Positions 49,151 through 58,821 of a DNA stretch of 64,000 nucleotides are shown here, one piece after another. The stretch comes from a virus. Below the pieces are notes generated by a model. That model ran no database searches. It saw nothing but the letters and a program-made list of their open reading frames with translations, and was not told where the DNA came from. Numbering within the stretch: position 1 is the stretch's first letter; each line of letters opens with the position of its first letter. The translations under genes were made by a program, and so were the position numbers. The stretch lies in the IMG/VR virus record IMGVR_UViG_3300029915_000003; one strand, 5' to 3'.

Positions 49151-51460
49151 ATGTCTGTACTTAGAGCGGCTGCTTTATATAGTCAACAGCGCGTAGACGT
49201 TTCTACATTGCGGCTTTTTGACGCAGGAGTGCAAGGAGATTTTGACTGTTTAGCCGGTCAAATTATGAGTGGTAGGGATCCTTTGGTGATCAGAGGGGCT
49301 ACTATCAATCCAGCCGGTATTGGTGGTCCTCCTACGGCCCTACAATTAGACCTTTCCGATACAGCGCTGCTCCATTATGGAGCCACCTCTTCGGGAACCA
49401 TATTTTATACAGCTGAATCAGAGCCAGTACAAATACTATCCACCACAAATCCACTAATTGTTGGTTCCTTTACGGCAAATACAGTAAATTATGTTGGTTT
49501 GGATTTGGTCCGAATACCAGACGACACAACTGCCGACCAAGTAGCTTTTTTGATACCCAATTTGGATCAAGAAGTATACCGCGAAACAGATACAGGGCAA
49601 ATTCTACAATACCGTATTTACATTTCTACTACCCTTTTCGGTTCTAGTCCAAATGTTTGCCCGGTAGCTCAAGTCGCTGTAGATGACCGTGGCAACGTAA
49701 CGAGCATAGAGGACTGCCGACCCATGTCGTTCCGGCTAGGAAGCGGTGGAGACAGTCCTAGCGCCTCAAATAGCTATGTTTGGCCTTCGTCCACCCTGCG
49801 CTTAGTAGAACCAAATATAAGTTCGACCAGCACCAGCAATAATCCATTCGTTTCTGCTGATAAGTCTATTTACAGCCAAAAAGCTTGGCAAGATGCCGTA
49901 ATGTCTCGTATATGGGAAATAGGTGGTGGTAGCAATTGGTACAGCCCATCCACAGGTGCAAACGATGTTGTAACGGCCATAGGTGCTGGAGGTGGATTTA
50001 CCTATGTATCTCCAACACTTACATGGACCGGAATAACTGTTGGTTTTACAAATTCAAACGCCAACTACAATACCATTACAAATGGTACTGCCGATTTAAG
50101 CGCTACAGGTAGTGTACTTTACATACTATTAGACAGAAGCGATACCAGCCCTAGTACCGCTTTAGTTCCTGCTGTTTGTCAGTGGAACAACCTATACTTA
50201 CAGGGATCTGGGACTCCTGGAATCCCATATGCTTTGGCTTGGAATTTCAACGGTACGGTTTACGCTAGAGGAGATGGAAATCCAGTTCCTATTGTTTTAG
50301 GAGGGGTTGCTACGGTTAGCTCTGGAGGTACTGGCACTACTGGTATCGTTGAAATCTACAACGACCCCACTAGCTTATACACAAACAGTGGAACCTCCAG
50401 TACCTCCACCCCTATTGTACCGGTGATGTCTGGAGCCCATAGCGGACAAATATTAGCTCTAGGCTTAACACGTCCAGCTTCAGGAACAATAATGATTGGT
50501 GCCAATACCTATGATACTGGAGTGAGTATTGGTCAATCTGGATTTGGAACAAGTTTAACTTTAACTGGCGCTCTTAATCATCACAACTCAGTTTCATCAG
50601 GAGTTACATGGTTTCAGACAGACAACGTAATTGGTGGATATTCAGACGTGTTCCGGGGAAAAGCTGGAAATTCAACCACAAATGCCTTAATTGAGGTGGT
50701 TGGACAAACCCCTGGCGCTCAAATTAAACTAGAAAACGACTCTTCTACTTTATTGAGTTTGGTAGGAAATACAACCGCCTACCCTGCCGCTGGAACAGGA
50801 ACAGGAGCTACAAATACTGGTTCTCAAATCAATACGGGGACATCAGGCCCATTGGTTCTAGTTGGAGGTGGAGTGTCAACTAGCGGTCCTGGAGTGATTT
50901 TAAATACAGAAGCAGCGTTAGTAAGTGGGAAAGCTGTGTCTATTAGAAATTTCAACACAGAAATAGCATCAATAGACTATCAAGGTTATATAACAAGTGC
51001 CGGAAATCTAATTCCACCTCCAGGTGTTGGTATGTGTAATTATGCATCAGCCGCCGTAAGCGTTACAAATAGTCAAAGTCATTTATGGGTAGGTTCCGTA
51101 AGTGCAAACCCCGTAACACCAATTGGCGGTGTTACAATTTCTACAACCGCTGGAGCTACAAATGGAGCACTTACAATACCAGCGACTCAGGGTACATACA
51201 TAATAACCATTGGAGGGACGGCCCTTTTTTCAAGCGCTGCAAATTATACCTACTCAATTTATAACATGACTGTTGGTTCGGCATCTTTTACTGGAACAGT
51301 CACACTAAGCTCCACGGCAGCCGTCGTATTGTCTGGAGCCTATGTCTTCCAGCCACTTGGGATTTCAAATACATTTATTATTTCATTGGTAGCTGGTCTT
51401 GCTGGACCATACACTGTCACAAGTGATAGTTTGTTTTTAATGGCACAAAGAGTGGCTTAA
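49151..51460 (+). CDS. tail fibre/receptor-binding protein
   Basis: Baseplate-anchor-like N-terminus (QQRVD..DF..IRG, P.A.V..D.R); G/T/S-rich C-terminus. Confidence 0.6.
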   Translation: MSVLRAAALYSQQRVDVSTLRLFDAGVQGDFDCLAGQIMSGRDPLVIRGATINPAGIGGPPTALQLDLSDTALLHYGATSSGTIFYTAESEPVQILSTTNPLIVGSFTANTVNYVGLDLVRIPDDTTADQVAFLIPNLDQEVYRETDTGQILQYRIYISTTLFGSSPNVCPVAQVAVDDRGNVTSIEDCRPMSFRLGSGGDSPSASNSYVWPSSTLRLVEPNISSTSTSNNPFVSADKSIYSQKAWQDAVMSRIWEIGGGSNWYSPSTGANDVVTAIGAGGGFTYVSPTLTWTGITVGFTNSNANYNTITNGTADLSATGSVLYILLDRSDTSPSTALVPAVCQWNNLYLQGSGTPGIPYALAWNFNGTVYARGDGNPVPIVLGGVATVSSGGTGTTGIVEIYNDPTSLYTNSGTSSTSTPIVPVMSGAHSGQILALGLTRPASGTIMIGANTYDTGVSIGQSGFGTSLTLTGALNHHNSVSSGVTWFQTDNVIGGYSDVFRGKAGNSTTNALIEVVGQTPGAQIKLENDSSTLLSLVGNTTAYPAAGTGTGATNTGSQINTGTSGPLVLVGGGVSTSGPGVILNTEAALVSGKAVSIRNFNTEIASIDYQGYITSAGNLIPPPGVGMCNYASAAVSVTNSQSHLWVGSVSANPVTPIGGVTISTTAGATNGALTIPATQGTYIITIGGTALFSSAANYTYSIYNMTVGSASFTGTVTLSSTAAVVLSGAYVFQPLGISNTFIISLVAGLAGPYTVTSDSLFLMAQRVA

Positions 51461-51483
51461 CGGAAAGGTAATTTTACTAAATT

Positions 51484-51882
51484 ATGGCTCAACCAACCAC
51501 TTTACAACAATTTAACGTAGCATTATCCTCCAACGGCGCTGCCAATGGAACCGTAGTTATTCCAACAAACAACGCATCTATGACTATGGTAGGAGCTACT
51601 GTGTTCTTGAACGACAGTACCAATACCATTGGGCAAGAATGCGTTGTAACGTCTGTAGACGGGACCACCGGTACGATAGGTATACGGTTTGTACGTAATG
51701 AGCAAACTACCAACAATGACTATGGTTTCGGTGGAAGCGCCAATTACGGACCGCCTCAATATGGCAGGACTAGTTGTGCGGCTTACCTAACAGCCAATAG
51801 TGCCTACATGTTACAGCCGGCCCAGCTATTGTTTAATGGTAAATCAGACGATAGCTCAACTGCTGGCCCTCTAACAACCTAG
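51484..51882 (+). CDS. small virion protein related to the N-terminal domain of 7593/8351
   Basis: G...G.V......VGATV.L; late motif 7 nt upstream. Confidence 0.5.
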   Translation: MAQPTTLQQFNVALSSNGAANGTVVIPTNNASMTMVGATVFLNDSTNTIGQECVVTSVDGTTGTIGIRFVRNEQTTNNDYGFGGSANYGPPQYGRTSCAAYLTANSAYMLQPAQLLFNGKSDDSSTAGPLTT

Positions 51883-51884
51883 AC

Positions 51885-52331
51885 CTATTTATGGCCCTTG
51901 CTGGTCATAAGGACACCCCAAGCATGATCTATTTCATGTTGTATACATTGAGCTTTTAAGCCCGTAGCTGTGTCGGTCCATGTAGTACCATGTGGGTCTT
52001 GGTAGGTTACCTTGATTTTATCAAATCTAGATACAAACAGATAATTACCTTTATCAGATAAACACCCTTCGTATTTTTCCACCAAAACACTTCTCGGAGT
52101 TGTAACCCAGGAAGCATTTATGTATACCTTTTTGATACCGTCAATATAGGTAACAAATACTTGTACCGGCACACCTATCTGTACGGCTGATAATCCAACT
52201 CCACCCTCTACCATTAAGGTGTCTTGAAGATTTTTGATTAAATCAAGGATTTCACTGTTAAATTCAGTAACAGGAGCCGACTTTTGGGAAAGTAACGGCT
52301 CTGATATAGAGAGAACTGGATATACAGCCAT
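51885..52331 (-). CDS. def: peptide deformylase
   Basis: GVGLSAVQIG, EGCLS, QHEIDH. Confidence 0.95.
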   Translation of the reverse strand: MAVYPVLSISEPLLSQKSAPVTEFNSEILDLIKNLQDTLMVEGGVGLSAVQIGVPVQVFVTYIDGIKKVYINASWVTTPRSVLVEKYEGCLSDKGNYLFVSRFDKIKVTYQDPHGTTWTDTATGLKAQCIQHEIDHAWGVLMTSKGHK

Positions 52332-52339
52332 GGTATTCC

Positions 52340-52624
52340 TTAAGGCAAGAAACCATCTGGAATGCTATTGTTGCTTAGATGGGCTCGTACTTCTTCTTGA
52401 CTTGGAGGAAGTCCAAGGACCTGAATTTTCTTGACCCACCGAAACGCATTCATTTGTGACTCAACTGTAGGTTTAGAGGAATTGTCAAAAAAATTACTGT
52501 AAACTTTATAGACTGGCCAGCCATCTTCCTTGCGTACTAACTCTCCTCGGTACTCAGCTACTATTTTGGTACCAGTAAATGGATCATTAACAAATACTTC
52601 GTATTGTTGCTTTGGAATTGCCAT
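52340..52624 (-). CDS. hypothetical protein
   Basis: 94-aa ORF with SD AAGGAAG and an upstream promoter. Confidence 0.6.
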   Translation of the reverse strand: MAIPKQQYEVFVNDPFTGTKIVAEYRGELVRKEDGWPVYKVYSNFFDNSSKPTVESQMNAFRWVKKIQVLGLPPSQEEVRAHLSNNSIPDGFLP

Positions 52625-52669
52625 GTGTTTTTCTTCCTTTTAGTTTAGTTAGGTAGAGACTACCCAAGC

Positions 52670-52697
52670 ACTATACCAGACTCTCAATAAAAGTCAA
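52670..52697 (-). promoter_or_regulatory. sigma70-like promoter TTGACT-16-(TG)TATAGT
   Basis: Direct reading; extended -10 TG present. Confidence 0.6.
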
Positions 52698-52804
52698 GGC
52701 TTGCGATTGGAATTGATTGCTTTTGTTAATGGGGCCAAAATAACCATTAACAACACAGAACCAAATACAAACTCAGCGATTAATAGCTTTTTAAGCTTAA
52801 ACAT
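52694..52804 (-). CDS. 36-aa membrane peptide
   Basis: MFKLKKLLIAEFVFGSVLLMVILAPLTKAINSNRKP; ATG overlaps the upstream stop. Confidence 0.4.
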   Translation of the reverse strand: MFKLKKLLIAEFVFGSVLLMVILAPLTKAINSNRKP

Positions 52805-53115
52805 TACGCAGCCTTACGGAATTTACAATCCGAGCAGATCAAAAACACCTTAAATCCTAGATCGTGGACATCTAATTCCCCCTCACAATTAGGGCAGGGA
52901 GGCTTAGTAGAAGGTGGTTGGTCGAATGGCTCGTCTTCTTCTTCAAACGCTTCAGGAGACCCACCCTCGGCCCTAGATAGGGCCTTTCTAGCCTTAGCTA
53001 GCTGTCGGGTTAGGTGTTTGACTTCTGACTCGAGTTCCCTCTCTCGACGACTGAGTTTTGCTTCTCTGCTTGGACGATGTTGTGTTGCTTGCCTATTGAG
53101 AGTTCCATGTGCCAT
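52804..53115 (-). CDS. coiled-coil + C-terminal zinc ribbon protein
   Basis: CPNC..CSDC; ATG at 53115 with GAGG SD. Confidence 0.6.
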   Translation of the reverse strand: MAHGTLNRQATQHRPSREAKLSRRERELESEVKHLTRQLAKARKALSRAEGGSPEAFEEEDEPFDQPPSTKPPCPNCEGELDVHDLGFKVFLICSDCKFRKAA

Positions 53116-53169
53116 GATGCCTCTTGTATATAAATTGTCTCTACAGAAGCGACAACCCAAGCAGAAAAG

Positions 53170-53412
53170 TTACTTCTTAACAACAGCCTCCATACGGACT
53201 ATCCAGTACCCATCTCTAAAATACATCTCCAAATAGTCAAACGGTTTTCCATCACAAAGAGCGTTGTTTGGGTCCATAAGGAATGTAAGCAAAATACCCC
53301 TCTCTTCCAGACCTTGAAGAGAAAGGGGTTCTTGACAAAAACTAGACTTCAAAACAGTAGAAATTTTCTTGCTACCGTAATCCAAATCTGAGGTATAAAC
53401 CTTGCGGTCCAT
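53170..53412 (-). CDS. hypothetical protein
   Basis: 80-aa ORF with SD AAGGA. Confidence 0.55.
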   Translation of the reverse strand: MDRKVYTSDLDYGSKKISTVLKSSFCQEPLSLQGLEERGILLTFLMDPNNALCDGKPFDYLEMYFRDGYWIVRMEAVVKK

Positions 53413-53424
53413 TCGATCCTTTAG

Positions 53425-53610
53425 TTAGTCTGCAAATGAGAGTTCTTCTTCTTCATCTTTTTTGGCAGGATCATCATGAGCTTCCAAACTCTCTTCCAGC
53501 CGAGTAATTACACTTTCAATAATATCTGGAATAAGTTCTTCATCTACTTTATTTTCAACCAAAACATCCTCCAAAGAGGATTCCAGCAACTTATAGGCGA
53601 GACGGTTCAT
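53425..53610 (-). CDS. small acidic hypothetical protein
   Basis: 61 aa, very acidic, SD AAGGA. Confidence 0.55.
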   Translation of the reverse strand: MNRLAYKLLESSLEDVLVENKVDEELIPDIIESVITRLEESLEAHDDPAKKDEEEELSFAD

Positions 53611-53618
53611 GTTTTTCC

Positions 53619-54248
53619 TTAAAATGTTATACTTGCTTGAATTCCTACGTTTTTTTGCTTATCCGCATAAATTCCCAACCAAATGGGACCTACAATGCGT
53701 CTATCTAATTGCAACCCAAAGTTTATATTGTCTTTAGTTGGAGTCTGAGTTACGTTCAGGCCAGCATAGATCCCCAACCGCCAGTTTAATGGATCATTTG
53801 TTACGGTAACAGTGTTGATTTTGGTATCTTTATCTATGGTTTTTGTATCTGTAGCTACTTTAGTTTCGGTGGTAGGAATGGATGCTGTTTGATTTTTGTT
53901 ACTGTAGTCTGTTTGGTTGTTCCAGTCAATGGTTTTCTTTATGGTTACGTTACCTTGAGGATCCTTATGCTCTTCCACGACTACATGACCGGACCTATGA
54001 ACCTCTTGGGCTTTCTCTTCATTCTTTATGGTAGGAGTGGTCGTGACCTGGGTTGTAACGGTTTGACCTACAGTCTTATCGTCATTTTTAATGATTTGTT
54101 GCTGTACGGTCTTTAATGGCTTAGACATCTTACCAGTACCAAAACCTATTAAAAACATAACTATAAGAGCTACGGTAATTCCACCAAGCTTCTTCCAATT
54201 AGTCTTTAAATAAGCTAAAATGTCTGTCAATATAGTAACTTCACTCAT
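53619..54248 (-). CDS. membrane protein: N-terminal TM, C-terminal amphipathic beta-strands ending in Phe
   Basis: LGGITVALIVMFLIGF; WRLGIYAG..FGLQLD..WLGIYA..VGIQASITF. Confidence 0.6.
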   Translation of the reverse strand: MSEVTILTDILAYLKTNWKKLGGITVALIVMFLIGFGTGKMSKPLKTVQQQIIKNDDKTVGQTVTTQVTTTPTIKNEEKAQEVHRSGHVVVEEHKDPQGNVTIKKTIDWNNQTDYSNKNQTASIPTTETKVATDTKTIDKDTKINTVTVTNDPLNWRLGIYAGLNVTQTPTKDNINFGLQLDRRIVGPIWLGIYADKQKNVGIQASITF

Positions 54249-54892
54249 TAATTCTTCTTCTTTTTGGTATAAGGTACAATTTCATCAACCAAACCAAGGT
54301 CTATAGCCTGTTGAGCATCGTAATAGGTATCTTTCTTGCAAGCCTTAACTACGTCCGAATGACTCATTTTACCCTTAGACGAATTAGCTAAAACATTGTA
54401 ATACCGTTCGTTGTTTTCTTTTAGATCTTCTGCGTGTTCAAGCATTTCGTGAGCTTGAAATTGGTTCTCGCCAGAAATAAATAGTTTCCCCTGGTGAATC
54501 ATGATCCTACTTTCCGGCATCATCCTGCGGGTGTCTGCGGCTTGAAGGATAAGGGCTCCAATGCTACTTGCGGCTCCAGCCACGTCCATAGTAACGTGGT
54601 TTCGGGCCGTTCTAATGGCATCGTAGATAGCCATCCCTATCTCCATGGAGCCGCCATTGGAGTGAAAGGTTATATAGATAGGAGCTTCAAAAGTATCCAT
54701 AACTGAAAATGCAGTTATAAATGCCTTAAATAGTTCTTCATCTACATCCCCAACCAGAAACAGTCTACGCTCCCTAAGGCTGACACCCATGCTGACGGCT
54801 ATTTGTAACTCACCAGCTACAGTACTAATTTCTACTAACTCACCAGGATCTGTCCTGGTTGTGGTTTTCGTCTTTTTGGGGGCTTTAGGCAT
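54248..54892 (-). CDS. clpP: ATP-dependent Clp protease proteolytic subunit-like
   Basis: RRLFLVG.V, HSNGG..G.AIYD, AASSIG, RIMIHQ, KDTYYDAQQA..GLVDEI. Confidence 0.9.
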   Translation of the reverse strand: MPKAPKKTKTTTRTDPGELVEISTVAGELQIAVSMGVSLRERRLFLVGDVDEELFKAFITAFSVMDTFEAPIYITFHSNGGSMEIGMAIYDAIRTARNHVTMDVAGAASSIGALILQAADTRRMMPESRIMIHQGKLFISGENQFQAHEMLEHAEDLKENNERYYNVLANSSKGKMSHSDVVKACKKDTYYDAQQAIDLGLVDEIVPYTKKKKN

Positions 54893-56386
54893 TTATTGAC
54901 CATTTCCTTGATTTTGATAGGCTGCTAAGAACTCATCCGTTACAAACTTATTGGGGTACTGTAGCATTAAGTACTGGGCCATGTCAATGTCTGAGGATGT
55001 ACCCCTATATGCTACCCCTCCGAGTTCATTACTATGGGTAGTAGTAGTACCGAAATTACTATTACAGGTAACAGCTATACCGGTTTCGCTGCCACGGGAT
55101 TTATCCACATAATACGTAATCAAGTTCTTGGCTTGAGATTCAGGGTTACGATTGACAGTTATGATGTTAGAGGCTGTTTGCATAGGTCCGTAAGCTTCGG
55201 CTGCATCTTCTTGCGTTAGGAACCTTGAGTCGTCAGCCTTGTTCACCTTAGCCCCCTCACGGTTGGATTGGTAGGCAACAATGCTATGCCAATTAAATTC
55301 CAAAGCGTAATTAACGTAATAATCATAGACAATATCCAAGCTAAAACGCTTTTCTAGCTTGCCCCCAGCATTTTGCTTGGTCCGTAGTTTGGCCGGGTAG
55401 TCACAAACAAACAGGTCGTATCCTTTGCCAAACTTAGCGACACGCTCATCCTGCTTGGTTCGGATGATAGGTTCAACGTCTTCAATACTCATTCCGGCTT
55501 TAGCGTAATGAATAAATGTTAGATTGCGCTTTAGTTGAGCCAAAGCTGTATCTAGACGCTTCTTTCCTTCTGGATCGGTTAGCATCTTAAATAGTTCGGC
55601 TCGTTTAACCCCAAGCATGCATTGCCAGATTTTGAAGTTAATATCTGCTGGACGGCCCTCATGAACCATGAATAATACTGATTTATTGCGCTTTACGTTG
55701 GCACAGATGGTAGTTATTAGGGTTGAAGTTTTGCCAGTATTACTTGGAGCAAGTACGATAGTCTGGTCGCCAGGGAGGAGTCCTCCCCCCTGATTGTCTG
55801 GCAGTAAAACCTTATCCATAACTCCAATACCAAATGTTAAAGCCTTGTCCCGATCTACTAGTTCTTGTTGGAAATCAGTAAGATAGTTCTCGAATTGAAA
55901 TTCCTTGTCTTCTACGAAGCGGGTGGTTTTAATGTCTTCTATCTTTTTACCAAAAAAATGATAACACTCCTGAAATCGTTGTTGTAGGAACAACGTCTTA
56001 GCTTCTTGGGCTGTACCTTGAAACATTACAGCCTGTAGCCATCCTTGTAGTTCGGTAGCAATTACATCCTTACCATAGTTTTTGGACTCCAAAAGGGAAA
56101 GCTTAACCTTTTGTTGCATTTTGCTACGAACCAAAGGTTCTTCCGTAACGAAGTCTCCCCACTCCGTAAGTTCTTCTACGGTTGGAATGCGCTTAAATTC
56201 ATCATAAAACTTTATCTTGGTGGTCCAAACCTTGCTAGAAATGGCATCTAAAAACCAATTAGCTTGGATTTTATAACGGGAAAGAGTAAAAAACTGAGGA
56301 TCTGTAAGTAAGTGACCCAAAACGGCATCTTGTTTTTTAGCACTAAAGGGGAGTTGAATTGCGTCTAGATCGTTTTCGACAGACAT
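54893..56386 (-). CDS. DnaB-like replicative helicase
   Basis: Walker A APSNTGKT, HE, Walker B FVCDY, YQSNRE, KSR. Confidence 0.88.
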   Translation of the reverse strand: MSVENDLDAIQLPFSAKKQDAVLGHLLTDPQFFTLSRYKIQANWFLDAISSKVWTTKIKFYDEFKRIPTVEELTEWGDFVTEEPLVRSKMQQKVKLSLLESKNYGKDVIATELQGWLQAVMFQGTAQEAKTLFLQQRFQECYHFFGKKIEDIKTTRFVEDKEFQFENYLTDFQQELVDRDKALTFGIGVMDKVLLPDNQGGGLLPGDQTIVLAPSNTGKTSTLITTICANVKRNKSVLFMVHEGRPADINFKIWQCMLGVKRAELFKMLTDPEGKKRLDTALAQLKRNLTFIHYAKAGMSIEDVEPIIRTKQDERVAKFGKGYDLFVCDYPAKLRTKQNAGGKLEKRFSLDIVYDYYVNYALEFNWHSIVAYQSNREGAKVNKADDSRFLTQEDAAEAYGPMQTASNIITVNRNPESQAKNLITYYVDKSRGSETGIAVTCNSNFGTTTTHSNELGGVAYRGTSSDIDMAQYLMLQYPNKFVTDEFLAAYQNQGNGQ

Positions 56387-56410
56387 TTAGATGGTATTCC
56401 TTGTTAGAAG

Positions 56411-56728
56411 TTAGGGTAATTGAGACTTCTTAAATTTATATCCGTACTGCTTTTTCTTTATTATGTCGGGCGAGCACTCTGATACCATATAGGCTTTCGC
56501 TGCATTTAATTGTCTCAAAAGTTCGTCAATCCAAGTACTAGACGCACACATCTGATTAAACCAAACACCATCATCCTCCATTAATATATTAATCATAACG
56601 TGTGGGTCTTTATCGCCATTGCGAGGGGATAATCCAACCCCAAGACACTTTCCTTTGAATTCTTCGGTGTAATCCATCTCATTGTCTCCATCATACCCAA
56701 AATCTGTCATGTCGTCTGTATCTGCCAT
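56411..56728 (-). CDS. hypothetical protein
   Basis: 105-aa ORF with SD AAGGAG. Confidence 0.6.
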   Translation of the reverse strand: MADTDDMTDFGYDGDNEMDYTEEFKGKCLGVGLSPRNGDKDPHVMINILMEDDGVWFNQMCASSTWIDELLRQLNAAKAYMVSECSPDIIKKKQYGYKFKKSQLP

Positions 56729-56736
56729 AACTCTCC

Positions 56737-58812
56737 TTAGAAGTTAAAAGCTTGATCAAAAATCAGTTTGGCTTTATTTATTCGTTTTGCCACACTATAC
56801 TGCTCAAGTACTTCTTCAAATGTCATTTCGCCTAGGTCTTTGTGGCCCTTAGAGGGTTCCATCAAATACAAATCAAACTCATCTTCGTATTTTTGAACCA
56901 ATTTAATAGTCTCATCTAAAGCGTCTGGGTCTAATCCAAGGTATATTTTCTTAATGCCGAGATGGCGTAACAGTTGTATTTGGTGTTTAGTGACGATTTT
57001 GCCCATAGAGGCTACGTTCCCGCCAATCATATCACAGTTGTGTACAACTGTAAAGTCTTTAAGAAGAAACAAATGATCTCCGTCTGTTTCAATACCATAA
57101 AAAACCCCATCTTCAACTGAATTTATTTTGAACTGGCTTTTTGTTGGAATATGTTTTGGGGTGTAGGAAGTAGGAACTTTTTTTCTAGGGACGCGCAAGG
57201 GAATTTCAGACAAATCACCACCAATCGTAACACTATAATATAAACTTGGTCTGCCGGGAGTTTTGCTCGTAGAACGCACATAAGGCGTCAGACATGTTTT
57301 AAACCCCAAGGATCTGGATAGCCACACAAAAGAATCTACGATAACTTTGGATTTTTGAGTAAACCTTATATGATTTTTGTTAGTAGTACCGTCCGTATCA
57401 ATCAAACCCGCTAAAAGTTCTAGTCTTTGTTGTCTAGATCCATGTAAATAAATGTCTGGAATGTGTTTATTATTTAATACTCCCAATTCATTTAATTTTA
57501 ATTTAGAATTAGTCATTATTGTTCGAGCTTTACCCTTACACCCATTTCTCTTTCTTAGTACCTTTCCTGACAAAAATTCCAAAGCGATAGTAAATGGTTT
57601 AGCTGCATATTTTGAAGCTTTGTTTCCCGTCCTATCTAAAATTTCTACAAAATCATCATTTTTATTGACCCAATTACACCACTCTTGGGCTATCTCACTA
57701 TCCATACTAGTCAAAAGAGCTTGATCAGAATCTCCGTCACCCAGCCAAATACCAAGAATATACGGTGGAATGGACAACGATTTTTCTGGAAATTCTAAAA
57801 TAGCTCGATATAAAGAAAAGTGTTGTTGAGTGTTATGCTTGTATTTTAAATAATTATTGACCGAAATTTCTATTTTATTATATATAGGTTTTTTATCGTG
57901 TCTCTTTTCCAATGACAAAATATGTTCTCCATTACAAACCCACGAGTCCCCACCGCCAGATGGAGTGATCTTATATAGCGGACCAAATCCATCATTAACA
58001 GAAAGAACGTTACGGGCGTTGCCGTCTGGACCCATTAGTTGGTCACCCACTACAATATTTTGAACGGCTTTTGAAGAGCCATCCGACATCATAACCATTG
58101 TATCGATACCAAAACATTTCATAGAATCCAGAGGCCCCTCGCTTATAACAGCTTTGTCGCCGGGAGTCAAGCGGTCATAAAACATCACCAATTTATCCCT
58201 AGGAGTTCCATTTTCTGTAAGGATCTTGGGGATCCTTCTTACTTGACCATCCTTAAAGTAGGTGGTTTCACCCGTAAAGCGACCTTGCCAGCCGTAAAGG
58301 GTACCACCGGCTTTGACCGGGAAGACCACCCGTCTCGACGTAATGTCATAGTGCAGGTCGTATTTAACGGCAACTTCCAGGGGGATTCCACGGGATTCCA
58401 AATAGCGGAGCCCTCGGGAGGACAACTTGTGCGAGATAGGGTAATAACCATACGGATATACTTTCGGTTCTAATACTAAAGGTTCTTCTGGTTCTGGTTC
58501 TTGCTGAAAATCTAAAAAATTAAATACAAATGTCTCTTCAAAATTACTTAAGGTTATTTCCCCATACAGCTTGGATTTCATTTCACTTAAGGGAATACCA
58601 GTCAACACAGATAGAGCGTATTCTGCTTTGCCCTTGAAATTATTAGTTTCAGCGCAACTAAAGCATATAAACGCTCCATCTTTCTTACGTATATAGAGTT
58701 TGTCAGGCTTGTCGCATAACGGACATCTAAATACGTAAGAATTTGTTGTTGTTCGAAAATTAAGACCCAGGTCGTCTATGACCTTAAATAATTGTTTGGG
58801 TTCTATAGACAT
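56737..58812 (-). CDS. DNA primase (Zn-finger + TOPRIM) containing an intein
   Basis: CPLC..CFSC, YLESRGI, RVVFP, WQGR, SEGPLD, GLDPDA, KDLGEM. Confidence 0.9.
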   Translation of the reverse strand: MSIEPKQLFKVIDDLGLNFRTTTNSYVFRCPLCDKPDKLYIRKKDGAFICFSCAETNNFKGKAEYALSVLTGIPLSEMKSKLYGEITLSNFEETFVFNFLDFQQEPEPEEPLVLEPKVYPYGYYPISHKLSSRGLRYLESRGIPLEVAVKYDLHYDITSRRVVFPVKAGGTLYGWQGRFTGETTYFKDGQVRRIPKILTENGTPRDKLVMFYDRLTPGDKAVISEGPLDSMKCFGIDTMVMMSDGSSKAVQNIVVGDQLMGPDGNARNVLSVNDGFGPLYKITPSGGGDSWVCNGEHILSLEKRHDKKPIYNKIEISVNNYLKYKHNTQQHFSLYRAILEFPEKSLSIPPYILGIWLGDGDSDQALLTSMDSEIAQEWCNWVNKNDDFVEILDRTGNKASKYAAKPFTIALEFLSGKVLRKRNGCKGKARTIMTNSKLKLNELGVLNNKHIPDIYLHGSRQQRLELLAGLIDTDGTTNKNHIRFTQKSKVIVDSFVWLSRSLGFKTCLTPYVRSTSKTPGRPSLYYSVTIGGDLSEIPLRVPRKKVPTSYTPKHIPTKSQFKINSVEDGVFYGIETDGDHLFLLKDFTVVHNCDMIGGNVASMGKIVTKHQIQLLRHLGIKKIYLGLDPDALDETIKLVQKYEDEFDLYLMEPSKGHKDLGEMTFEEVLEQYSVAKRINKAKLIFDQAFNF
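57037..58116 (-). mobile_element. 360-aa intein with LAGLIDADG homing endonuclease
   Basis: Starts C-FGIDT.V.M.DG, block B CNGEH, ILGIWLGDG and LLAGLIDTDG, ends VVHN before +1 Cys. Confidence 0.93.
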
Positions 58813-58821
58813 GGGCTCATC

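Larger units (their letters stand above)
1748..51476 (+). promoter_or_regulatory. dispersed late-promoter motif YAATYTTW upstream of ~18 virion-region genes
   Basis: At 1748, 3037, 4954, 6295, 7564, 8338, 10466, 13680, 14743, 15655 (variant), 18075, 20611, 21586, 30351, 33078, 38040, 40594, 51470. Confidence 0.7.

Noticed and set aside
49089-49151. 20-codon Lys-rich mini-ORF coupled to the tail fibre start
   Set aside because: Too short to support; may be a gene remnant or translational coupler
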